Source: Bdellovibrio sp. ZAP7
GTDB taxonomy: Bacteria > Bdellovibrionota > FAC87 > UBA2466
Reading direction: 5' to 3'
Length of the DNA: 64,000 bases
Assembly (NCBI GenBank): GCA_945878405.1
Contig: CAMCTJ010000002.1
Span: forward strand, 3,099-67,098
Shown here: positions 55,930 to 64,000 of the stretch, one piece after another
Layout of the letters: every line of letters starts with the position of its first letter
Numbering within the stretch: the stretch's first letter is position 1
Notes under the pieces: model-generated
What the model saw: the letters and a program-made list of their open reading frames with translations, nothing else
Told to the model about the DNA's origin: nothing
The model's database searches: none
Position numbers and translations under genes: made by a program

Positions 55930-57067
55930 TTCCGGAAGAAAGATAAGCAAGTGGATCAACTGCTTTGCCATTTGATCGAACTTCAAAATAGAGGCTTGGC
56001 TTTTCTCGATTTCCTGTGTCGCCGACAAAACCGATAACTTCTCCCGCTTCCACGGTGTCTCCGACTTCTTTATTGAACTTAAATAGGTGTGCGTTCAAAG
56101 TATAAAGTCCCTGTCCGTGGTGCAGAATAATCACGTTACCTAAGCCTCGAAGCCAACCCGCAAACTCCACTCCTCCGGAAAGAACCGCCGAAACGGGGGA
56201 GTTAAACTCTGCTTCGATTTCGATTCCCTTGTGATAAGTAACTGTCCCAAATTTTTCATGAACACTCTTACCAAACCCTTGAACAATAACTCCTTCTGTC
56301 GGCATGGGTAGGTTCCCTTTGGGTTCAAAAATCCCTTTATCACTTCCTTTTTTTGCCGAGGGTAGTTCCTTAAAGAGTTGGCTCAGTTGATTCGAAACTC
56401 GCTGATACTCTTTAGAGGCTAACCGATAAGAACTTTGCTTTTCATTAATCTGTGAAACTAAGCGGTTTTTGTTTTTAAGCAAATTAACCAGGAGAAGCTG
56501 TTGGTCTTTCAGTTCGTCGCTTAAGCCGGTCAATTTAAGTTTGGTGGCCTTCAGTTTCAGCTCAGCTTCAGCTAATTTCTGGGTTCTTTCCTGAAATTGC
56601 TTGGTCAGCTGGGCGTGGGAGCGAAGTGTGTAGAGAAGGACTCGAATCCTTCCAGCCAATTGAGAAAGGTTTTGTCCGTAAAAAACAAAACGGGTCATGC
56701 CTTCTTTTTGAATCTTATAAACTACCTTTAAAAGAAGATAGAGACGTTGTCTCTGGGCTTGTTCCAGCTTTTTTTGATTCTGATATTCCAGACCTAGGTT
56801 TTCCAAGCTCATCTCAAGCTCTTGTTGATGGCTGGTAAGCGTGTGGAGTTTTTGACGAACTTGATTTTGTTTCGCATTCAACTCATCGAGCGATTCTAAA
56901 AGAGTTTTTCTTTGGGTTTCTCTCGATTCGTAATCCGCTTTTTCCGACTGAAGGAACTTTTTTAAGGTGTTCGCACGTTTTTGAACTTCCTTGGTATCCG
57001 ATAACTCAACGGCAGAACCAATGCAGGAAAGGGAAATGAAAAGAACCAAAAAAGAGTGAAAACTCAT
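55910..57067 (-). CDS. envC: EnvC-like murein hydrolase activator (coiled coil plus degenerate LytM/M23 domain)
   Basis: Signal peptide, then a coiled coil of about 250 aa. The C-terminal M23 fold has HKGIEIEA in place of HxxxD. It lies directly downstream of ftsEX. The start at 57067 (MSFHSF) is preferred. Confidence 0.8.
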   Translation of the reverse strand: MSFHSFLVLFISLSCIGSAVELSDTKEVQKRANTLKKFLQSEKADYESRETQRKTLLESLDELNAKQNQVRQKLHTLTSHQQELEMSLENLGLEYQNQKKLEQAQRQRLYLLLKVVYKIQKEGMTRFVFYGQNLSQLAGRIRVLLYTLRSHAQLTKQFQERTQKLAEAELKLKATKLKLTGLSDELKDQQLLLVNLLKNKNRLVSQINEKQSSYRLASKEYQRVSNQLSQLFKELPSAKKGSDKGIFEPKGNLPMPTEGVIVQGFGKSVHEKFGTVTYHKGIEIEAEFNSPVSAVLSGGVEFAGWLRGLGNVIILHHGQGLYTLNAHLFKFNKEVGDTVEAGEVIGFVGDTGNREKPSLYFEVRSNGKAVDPLAYLSSGTKEQKG

Positions 57068-57069
57068 TC

Positions 57070-57960
57070 CTAAACTTGCTCCGAAGTTCTCAAAAAGACC
57101 GCAATGCTGCCTACAAGAGCCATGGTGATTCCCACAAATAAAAGAAGTAAGCATTGTCCGACGGAAAGAAACAACCAGGAAGAAACGCCAAGAACGGATC
57201 CCCAGTTACTGGCTAAAACATCTCCCATCAACCATTTGGCTAGAAATAGCAGGGTCATGGAAAAACCTGCTCCCAAAATGCCTTCAATGATTCCTTCCCA
57301 CAGAAACGGCGCTAAAACAAAAGAAGTTTCTGCACCAATCAACTGAACAATCTCCATTTCTTCTCTTCGCGCTTGGTGACGCATCCCCATGAAATTCGCA
57401 ATGATAAAGCCGCAGCCAATCACCAGAGCTGAGATTAAAACCCAACCAATCGTGGTCAGAATGCTTCTGACCTTCTTATATTGACTCAGCCAATCTTCTG
57501 AAAAATCTACTTCAGAAATTTGAGAGTCTTTCATCAGAACTGACTTTATTGCCGCGATTTGCTGCGAAGACGTGTCTGGGTGGAGTTCAAGCTCGATAAG
57601 ATCAGGAAACAATTCGCTCCCAGGAAGAATTTCAGAACCCGTGGTTCCCAAGAACACCTGAAGTTCATCTGCTACTTTTCTTTTAGATTTAAAAGTCGCC
57701 TTCAGGACGTTTTCTTGGCTCAGTATGTTTTCTTTCAAAAGAGCTATCTGATTATCATTAAGCCCTTCTTTCAGATAAACCGTTCCAGTCATGTGGGGGT
57801 TCGTCTTTTCAGCAATGCTTTCGAAGTTACGATAGCCTAAGAAGAAAGACCCCATGATGAGGCAGGAAACGCTAATGGTAGCAATGCTCGCTAAATGGAG
57901 AAGAGGTTGTCGTTTGAAACTCTTCAAAGTCTTTTTGAGGGGTCTTAGTTGGTGGTTCAT
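57070..57960 (-). CDS. ftsX: cell division ABC transporter permease FtsX
   Basis: 296 aa with a TM1, periplasmic loop, TM2-4 layout. It immediately follows ftsE. Confidence 0.9.
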   Translation of the reverse strand: MNHQLRPLKKTLKSFKRQPLLHLASIATISVSCLIMGSFFLGYRNFESIAEKTNPHMTGTVYLKEGLNDNQIALLKENILSQENVLKATFKSKRKVADELQVFLGTTGSEILPGSELFPDLIELELHPDTSSQQIAAIKSVLMKDSQISEVDFSEDWLSQYKKVRSILTTIGWVLISALVIGCGFIIANFMGMRHQARREEMEIVQLIGAETSFVLAPFLWEGIIEGILGAGFSMTLLFLAKWLMGDVLASNWGSVLGVSSWLFLSVGQCLLLLFVGITMALVGSIAVFLRTSEQV

Positions 57961-57964
57961 GGAT

Positions 57965-58645
57965 TTAAGCGAGACCTCGTTCAGTTACGAGGCGTCCACC
58001 TTGAAGCCGAATCGTTCGAGCAGGGAATTCAGTCATTAAGCCTTCATCATGAGTTGCAATAAGAACTGTGGTTCCCATGTCATTAATTTCTAAAAAGAGC
58101 GACATGATATCTCGTGCTGTGTTGCTGTCGAGGTTCCCAGTGGGTTCATCCGCTAATAAAAGGGAAGGGCGACCAATAATTGAGCGGGCAATAGAAACTC
58201 GTTGTTGTTCTCCTCCAGAAAGCATCTGGGGATAATCATGGGCTCTATCTCCCAAACCAACCAGGGAGAGAACCCCCCGAACTCGGTGATCGACCTCTCC
58301 CGGGGTCATTTTCCTAATTTCCAGGGGAAGAGCGACGTTATCGTAAATCGTTAAATCGGGCAGAAGCTTGAAATCTTGAAAAACAAACCCAACTTCACGG
58401 CGGTACTGATAAATCTGATTTTTGGGCAGCGTCGAGACTTCACGATTATTAACATAGATATTCCCTGCACTTGGCCGTTCCATGGCAAAGAGAATCTTTA
58501 AGAGAGTCGTTTTGCCGGCACCATTTGCCCCAGTAATGTAGGCAAATTCACCGCGGCCTAAGTCAAACGAAACGTCTCTAAGAGCATAACGACTGGGCGA
58601 GTATTGAACCCCTACCCCACGAAGATGGACCATCTTTTGAGCCAT
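57965..58645 (-). CDS. ftsE: cell division ATP-binding protein FtsE
   Basis: Walker A GANGAGKTT, signature LSGGEQQRVSIARS, Walker B LLLADEPTGNLD. The start is either the ATG at 58645 or at 58633. The ORF-track N-terminal extension is unlikely. Confidence 0.95.
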   Translation of the reverse strand: MAQKMVHLRGVGVQYSPSRYALRDVSFDLGRGEFAYITGANGAGKTTLLKILFAMERPSAGNIYVNNREVSTLPKNQIYQYRREVGFVFQDFKLLPDLTIYDNVALPLEIRKMTPGEVDHRVRGVLSLVGLGDRAHDYPQMLSGGEQQRVSIARSIIGRPSLLLADEPTGNLDSNTARDIMSLFLEINDMGTTVLIATHDEGLMTEFPARTIRLQGGRLVTERGLA

Positions 58646-58739
58646 GTGCGAGTTACCCTTATTTATAGTCGTGGAAAACGCCTTTATTTTAACATTTCTT
58701 TTGCCAAATCGACTCAAAAAGAAATATTAAGTTGAGCAT

Positions 58740-58811
<72 letters not shown>

Positions 58812-58820
58812 TTTTTTCTT

Positions 58821-59117
58821 ATGAAAGTTATCGTCGATTTTTGTCTAGTTCCCCTAGGCGTTGGGGTTTCCGTTTCAAAATATGTTGCGGCTTGCCAAGA
58901 AATATTCCAGCAAGCAGGCCTAAAGACCCATCTTCATGCTTATGGCACCAACATCGAGGGTGAGTGGGAACAGGTATTTGCCAGCATTAAAAAGTGCCAT
59001 CAAGTGATTCACGAGATGGGGGCTCCCCGAATCTCATCGACTTTAAAGTTTGGTACTCGAACCGATCGCGCACAGTCGATGGAAGAAAAAGTAAAGAGTG
59101 TCCAGGAGAAGCTTTGA
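58821..59117 (+). CDS. MTH1187/YkoF-family (UPF0045) thiamine-binding-like protein
   Basis: MKVIVDFCLVPLGVGVSVSKYVAACQEIFQQAGLKTHLHAYGTNIEGEW is the family consensus. Confidence 0.8.
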   Translation: MKVIVDFCLVPLGVGVSVSKYVAACQEIFQQAGLKTHLHAYGTNIEGEWEQVFASIKKCHQVIHEMGAPRISSTLKFGTRTDRAQSMEEKVKSVQEKL

Positions 59118-59875
59118 TGATTCTGATAACTGGAGCTACGAGTGGTATTGGAAAAGCCTGTGCTGAGCTTTTGGCCAGCCAGAGAAAAGACCTTTTCTTA
59201 GTGGGACGACGTTTGGATCGACTCCAAGGCCTTCAAAAAGACCTAACAACAACCCACAAAATCAAAGTGGAAATCGCTCCTCTGGATATTTCTCTTTCCT
59301 CAGCCGTACTAGAGTTCGGCAAGAAGTTTTCTTCTGAACTCAATCAAGTTGAAGCTTTGATAAATAACGCTGGTCTTGCGGTTGGACGAGATACCATCCA
59401 AGAGGGAAATCTCAAGGATTGGGACACCATGTGGGACGTGAATGTAAAAGGTCTTCTGTATATGACCCATCAGGTGCTGCCTTACTTTGTTCAGAAAAAG
59501 AGCGGCCATATCGTGAATTTGGGATCTGTCGCTGGAAGATGGATTTACCCCAGGGGAAATATTTATTGCGCTACTAAAAGAGCGGTCAGCGCCTTAACGG
59601 AAGCTCTTCGACAAGATCTCTTGGGAACTGGGGTTCGAGTTACTGAAATTTCCCCAGGAATGGTTGAGACCGAGTTTAGTCTGGTCCGATTTGGGGGCGA
59701 TCAGGAAAGAGCCAAAGCGATTTACGAGGGCATGACCCCGTTATCTGCAAAAGATATTGCGGAAGCTGTGGTTTGGGCCCTGATGCGGCCCAAGCATGTC
59801 AATATTCAGGAAATGATTATTTATCCGACTGAGCAAGCTTCAACTACCTTAGTGCATCGAAGGACTCAAAAATGA
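59117..59875 (+). CDS. short-chain dehydrogenase/reductase (YdfG-like)
   Basis: TGATSGIGKA cofactor motif, NNAG, and catalytic YCATKRA. The ATG at 59117 overlaps the upstream stop (TGATG). Confidence 0.9.
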   Translation: MILITGATSGIGKACAELLASQRKDLFLVGRRLDRLQGLQKDLTTTHKIKVEIAPLDISLSSAVLEFGKKFSSELNQVEALINNAGLAVGRDTIQEGNLKDWDTMWDVNVKGLLYMTHQVLPYFVQKKSGHIVNLGSVAGRWIYPRGNIYCATKRAVSALTEALRQDLLGTGVRVTEISPGMVETEFSLVRFGGDQERAKAIYEGMTPLSAKDIAEAVVWALMRPKHVNIQEMIIYPTEQASTTLVHRRTQK

Positions 59876-60225
59876 CAGAAAAAAAGAATGTTTTAAATCC
59901 CAAGCTGAACAACGGCGTTGCTGAGATAACACCCGATCAACTTTTTCCAGTCCTTGGAAAAGTAACCTTAATCGATGTTCGAAGGCCCGATGAGTTTACG
60001 GGAGAATTAAGACATATCCCAGGTTCTAAACTGGTTACGTTAGGCCCAGAATTAGTTGAGTTTCTGGACGCACAAGACAGAGATCAGGAAATCGTTTTTA
60101 TTTGTAGAAGTGGCGTTCGTTCGAGAGAAGCCTGTCTTTTTAGTCAGAAAATTGGATTTAAATCCCCGATCAATCTTCAAGGGGGAATGATCAGCTGGAA
60201 CGATTATAAATTTCCTACGGAATGA
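59872..60225 (+). CDS. single-domain rhodanese-like sulfurtransferase
   Basis: LIDVRRPDEF...IPGS... plus the active-site loop FICRSGVRS. Confidence 0.85.
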   Translation: MTEKKNVLNPKLNNGVAEITPDQLFPVLGKVTLIDVRRPDEFTGELRHIPGSKLVTLGPELVEFLDAQDRDQEIVFICRSGVRSREACLFSQKIGFKSPINLQGGMISWNDYKFPTE

Positions 60226-60613
60226 CTGGCTGTAATTTGAACGGAAGAGCATCCCGCTTGGGGGCAAACTCACTGGCGAGGCCTCTTTGCAATCGTCTAT
60301 CTTTGGGTTTCAAGCAGTAGCCTTTAAAACTCGTATCTCCCGGGCAGTACCAGGTATCGACTAGTTTTATATCCATCCGTCCGTAACCGGAGTAGTAGTT
60401 TTGGTACTGATTAGGATCGAGGGTTGTTAGGACGGCGGTCTGAGTAGAAGGGCGGTTTCTTTCATTGTAAGAAACCACCCTTAATTTATAGACTCGGTAA
60501 GCCCCGTATCCGAGTTGAGAGAAACCCAGAACAAAAAGGGCCAAGAACCAAAAACTAGTTCGCTTTTGGAGCGGGCATGGGCGGTTTTTGAGCATTCGAA
60601 TTAGGTTCCTCAA
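60215..60613 (-). CDS. hypothetical membrane-anchored protein
   Basis: One TM helix (FWFLALFVLGFSQLGYG). It overlaps the 3' end of the upstream gene by at least 40 bp. No motif recognised. Confidence 0.4.
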   Translation of the reverse strand: MRNLIRMLKNRPCPLQKRTSFWFLALFVLGFSQLGYGAYRVYKLRVVSYNERNRPSTQTAVLTTLDPNQYQNYYSGYGRMDIKLVDTWYCPGDTSFKGYCLKPKDRRLQRGLASEFAPKRDALPFKLQPVIP

Positions 60614-61430
60614 GTCGGTTTACCTTAATAGACTGGCTGTTTTGATTAAACCAATCTCCAAAGTTTTTTCGGGCGACCATAGCAACCGTAAACTTTGATG
60701 AGTCTTTCGATGGGCTATCATTTCGAACCACTGCCATGATTTGCCCAATCGATTCAACTTTGTCGCTGACTTTACCCGTGGGAGTTTTTTCTAAGAGCAT
60801 CTTTTTAAAGAACTGACCAAACCCGACTCCACTGGGGAGAGCTGGCATGTGAGCTACGTCTCGATCTGAAGAATCCCAAGTCAACCCGTCTTTTTCTTTG
60901 ATGGAACCCTTTTTAAAAGCAACTCCCATTTGTTTTGCCATCTCTTCCAACTTTGAGGGGTTGTTTTTGACTGCAGCCAAAAGTTTTTCCATCTTTTCAT
61001 TTTCATCTTTATGGAAAGTCGCATCTTTTTGGAAAGCTTCTCTGAACGCTAGACCTTCAACTAAGGCGGGAACGACATAGAGGTCTTTGAATTTTCTCTT
61101 GGACCCATAATCTTTCACCAGAGCTTCTAATTTGGGATTGTTTTTAGAACTTCCCGTTAATCGGCTCATTTCCGTTTCAACCATTTGATCCTTCACTTCA
61201 ACGCCTTTACTTTTCAAGACTTGAAGCAAAGTTTCTGATCGAATCAATTGCTCCATAGCAACTTTTTCGTTCATTTGAGGGTTAAAAACTTTCATCATGC
61301 TCAATCGAAGTGCCACATCATCTTTGGTAATTTTTTTCTCTCCAACCATGGCCACTGGTTTGGAACCAGTGCAGCTGACAATAAAAGCGAGAGCAAGCGG
61401 GACTAAAAGTAACTTTGGGATTTGTTTCAT
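60555..61430 (-). CDS. SurA-N-like periplasmic chaperone lipoprotein
   Basis: Lipobox FIVSC. VGEKKITKDDVALRL...EKVAMEQLIRSETLLQVLKSKGVEV resembles SurA_N-type domains. No clear PPIase signature. Confidence 0.5.
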   Translation of the reverse strand: MKQIPKLLLVPLALAFIVSCTGSKPVAMVGEKKITKDDVALRLSMMKVFNPQMNEKVAMEQLIRSETLLQVLKSKGVEVKDQMVETEMSRLTGSSKNNPKLEALVKDYGSKRKFKDLYVVPALVEGLAFREAFQKDATFHKDENEKMEKLLAAVKNNPSKLEEMAKQMGVAFKKGSIKEKDGLTWDSSDRDVAHMPALPSGVGFGQFFKKMLLEKTPTGKVSDKVESIGQIMAVVRNDSPSKDSSKFTVAMVARKNFGDWFNQNSQSIKVNRLEEPNSNAQKPPMPAPKAN

Positions 61431-61566
61431 GTGGTTTCTCCTCAAATAATCTTAGCTCCTTATCGGTAGAGAAGAGAAAGTTTGTTACGGCTCAACGCGC
61501 CAGATATTTGGGTTTTTCACGACGGATTTTCTCAAGCTATTTATTAAAAGAGTCGAGACCTAATAT

Positions 61567-62130
61567 ATGAGCCGTTTCAAATTAATTATCACCCCACTGA
61601 TATTAAGCGCTGCGATGTGTCTTTTTGCAGACGAGGTTAAAAGCGAGAAACCCCAGCAAAGAAATGCTGCGAGCACTTCTATTTATCGAAATCAAAGAGG
61701 GTTCGACTTGGCCGTTTTTCAATTCGGCGGGGGACTCATGCTTGATCTTCAAGATCATGTTCGAGGTTTGGGCGCCATGGCTTGGGCTCCCAGCTACCAT
61801 TTTAATTCAACGATTTCTGCTCGATGGAACGTAGGCTTTATTTTTCGAAATGCCTTTGTAAAAGATGAACTAAGAGTGGCAGATTTTTCCCTAACTTTTG
61901 TCGAAAAACCAAAATTTAATTCTCCTCTTTTTGGTGAAATCGGGGGCGGAGTCCAATACTGGACTGGTGAACCTTCTCGAAAGTTTTACCCAGAGGCCAA
62001 AGCCGGTTTTGGTTATCAGTTTGGTGATGGTCAAGGTTTCTTCAAGAGTGTCCAGTTAAACTATGTCTATGTGATTCACACGCCTCTCAAAACCCAGCAG
62101 CTTTTCGCTGTGTTTACAATTGGGTTCTAA
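61567..62130 (+). CDS. small outer-membrane beta-barrel-like protein
   Basis: Signal peptide, alternating Gly/aromatic strands, and a terminal ...FTIGF. Confidence 0.5.
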   Translation: MSRFKLIITPLILSAAMCLFADEVKSEKPQQRNAASTSIYRNQRGFDLAVFQFGGGLMLDLQDHVRGLGAMAWAPSYHFNSTISARWNVGFIFRNAFVKDELRVADFSLTFVEKPKFNSPLFGEIGGGVQYWTGEPSRKFYPEAKAGFGYQFGDGQGFFKSVQLNYVYVIHTPLKTQQLFAVFTIGF

Positions 62131-62148
62131 GTAAATACTCTTACCCCC

Positions 62149-64000
62149 ATGGAAAAATTCATTCAGTTGGTCATGTCGGCAAACGACATTCTTTATCATG
62201 ATTATGTCCTTTATATTGTATTGGGGACGGGCATTCTCTTCACTTTTTGGACTAAGTTTTGTCAGTACCGAGCACTAACTCATGGGGTGGCGGTCATTCG
62301 AGGAAAATACGACAGAGAAGATGATCCCGGAGCGATTAACCACTTTCAAGCTCTCTCGGCGGCGCTCTCAGCCACTGTTGGGCTGGGTAATATCGGTGGA
62401 GTAGCTCTTGCCATTGCTCTCGGGGGGCCTGGAGCTGTTTTTTGGATGTGGATGGTTGGTATTTTCGGAATGGCTTTAAAAGCAACCGAAGTCATGCAGT
62501 CCATGATGTATAGAAATACAAAGGATCCCAAAAATCCTCATGGGGGACCCATGTGGGTTGCCAAAGAAGGATTGAAAAAAATGAATCCAAAGCTTGCAAA
62601 GCTGGGTTCATTCATTGGGGGCGTGTTCTGTGTAACTCTTTTGATTTCGACGATCACAGGCGGAAACATGTTTCAGGCCTGGAACGTAGCCGAAATTACC
62701 CATTCTTACTTTCCGACTGTTCCAAAAATATTTTCAGGAATCGTAATGACCTTGATTACCGGAATGGTCATCATCGGAGGCATTCATCGCATTGGCTCAG
62801 TAACGGGCAGACTGGTGCCATTCATGTGCGGTCTCTATTTGGTTGCTGCAATTTATGTGTTGTTTGCAAAAGTGGGACAAATTCCCGAGATGCTTCAGCT
62901 CATTTTCACTTGTGCTTTTAATCCAGCAGAATCGAAAGGGGCTTTCTTAGGAGGAACTGCGGGATATTCCTTCTTATGGGGAATGAAGCGAGCACTCTTT
63001 TCTTCTGAATCAGGTCAGGGATCTGCACCCATTGCCCACTCGGCTGCGAAAACGGATGAACCGATTCGAGAAGGAGTCGTGGCTGGTCTGGAACCTTTTG
63101 TAGATACTTTGGTGGTTTGTACGTTAACCACCCTCGTAATTTTGCTCACCGGAGCTTGGAATCGTGGGCCTGAAGCGTTTTTTGAGAAAACACCAACGTT
63201 GGTAAACGCCACTCAATTGGTTGTGACTGAGGGAGACAAAGACAGAACTCTCATAGGGAAAATCGCAGAAAAAACAGATCAACACATCGACTTTTTAAAT
63301 GGAAATCCTGGAGTGGGAGAAGCTTTCCTCAGACGTTGGCCCTTGTCTTCAGTTAAGAGCGAACAAAAAAGTGGGACGTACTGGATTCCTGAAACAGGAG
63401 AGATTCCCACAAAAGACCGTGAATCAGTTCGGATTACAGGTCCCTGGGCGGAAAATAATACGATCTTCATGGTGGCTAGAAAGCAAACTCTTGATTCTGA
63501 TACTGGAAAAAATCTCTATCGAGTCTATGGCACTATCACCCCGGTGGGAGAGCGTCTTCTCGTGGCTTGGAAGCCCTTTGAGTCACTAGAAACCGCCGCA
63601 CCGGAAATGGCTGGCCCCGAAGTATTTAATGATTTTGTGGGAGCCGCCCTTACGGGACATGCTTTTGACAGAGTGACACCGGGTCTTGGCATGTGGCTTG
63701 TGACGATTTGCTGTTGGCTCTTTGCTGTCTCGACTTTGATCTCCTGGAGCTACTATGGCGAGCAGGGAATGATTTATCTCTTTGGGCCAAAATCGGTTTT
63801 GCCTTACAAAGTCATTTATTGTGCTTTGATTTTGATTTCTACTTGCGGGTTTATTAAAACCGACATCGAACTAGATGCCATTACTGCCATGGGGACTGGA
63901 GTGATGCTTTGGGCGAACATTCCCATTATGCTGATTTTTGCTCGAGTGACGATGAAAGCCTATGCGGATTACATGCACCGATTGGACACTGGCAAAATGA
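62149..64000 (+). CDS. alanine/glycine:cation symporter (AGCS) family transporter; the 3' end is beyond the window
   Basis: My own translation gives MEKFIQLV...INHFQALSAALSATVGLGNIGGVALAIALGGPGAVFWMW...FSSESGQGSAPIAHSAAKTDEPIREG...FAVSTLISWSYYGEQG. The frame stays open to base 64000. It is absent from the ORF track because there is no stop in the window. Confidence 0.9.
   Translation, partial: MEKFIQLVMSANDILYHDYVLYIVLGTGILFTFWTKFCQYRALTHGVAVIRGKYDREDDPGAINHFQALSAALSATVGLGNIGGVALAIALGGPGAVFWMWMVGIFGMALKATEVMQSMMYRNTKDPKNPHGGPMWVAKEGLKKMNPKLAKLGSFIGGVFCVTLLISTITGGNMFQAWNVAEITHSYFPTVPKIFSGIVMTLITGMVIIGGIHRIGSVTGRLVPFMCGLYLVAAIYVLFAKVGQIPEMLQLIFTCAFNPAESKGAFLGGTAGYSFLWGMKRALFSSESGQGSAPIAHSAAKTDEPIREGVVAGLEPFVDTLVVCTLTTLVILLTGAWNRGPEAFFEKTPTLVNATQLVVTEGDKDRTLIGKIAEKTDQHIDFLNGNPGVGEAFLRRWPLSSVKSEQKSGTYWIPETGEIPTKDRESVRITGPWAENNTIFMVARKQTLDSDTGKNLYRVYGTITPVGERLLVAWKPFESLETAAPEMAGPEVFNDFVGAALTGHAFDRVTPGLGMWLVTICCWLFAVSTLISWSYYGEQGMIYLFGPKSVLPYKVIYCALILISTCGFIKTDIELDAITAMGTGVMLWANIPIMLIFARVTMKAYADYMHRLDTGKM

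Overview
This 64-kb window comes from a Gram-negative (diderm) bacterium. A Bdellovibrionota or deltaproteobacteria-like origin is possible, but that rests only on gene content and about 45-50% GC. Most of the window is tightly packed housekeeping DNA. It holds nadC (partial), xseB-ispA-dxs-tlyA, a complete purB-C-S-Q-L-F operon with overlapping start/stop codons, an RNase E/G gene, proS, ispG, an NtrY/NtrX-like two-component pair, a cysteine desulfurase-mnmA-mtaB cluster, def, an AceE-like E1 enzyme, ftsE-ftsX-envC, tRNA-Cys and a partial alanine:sodium symporter. I saw no rRNA, CRISPR array, transposase, integrase or phage genes.

The one clearly accessory segment lies at about 39.9-49.5 kb. 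It looks lower in GC (spot counts only) and its genes alternate strand one after another. It encodes an HPr-kinase-like P-loop protein, a Pol-beta-type nucleotidyltransferase, three GT-A-like glycosyltransferases, a large GT-C-like membrane protein, a membrane-anchored SAM methyltransferase and a fused ABC exporter. A histidine-kinase relic sits on its left border and a secreted glycoside hydrolase on its right. This is my best candidate for an undescribed glyco-/phospho-modification and export system.

Other items worth a second look:
- An approximately 375-aa charge-patterned insertion, with near-perfect 24-bp tandem repeats, inside the S1 domain of RNase E/G.
- Three unknown envelope proteins wedged between tlyA and purB.
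- An overlapping pair made of a divergent UPRT-family gene and a membrane-anchored Mrr-like gene.
- An approximately 140-aa insertion in the AGCS transporter.

All functional calls come from reading motifs in the supplied translations and my own translations. No database search was run.
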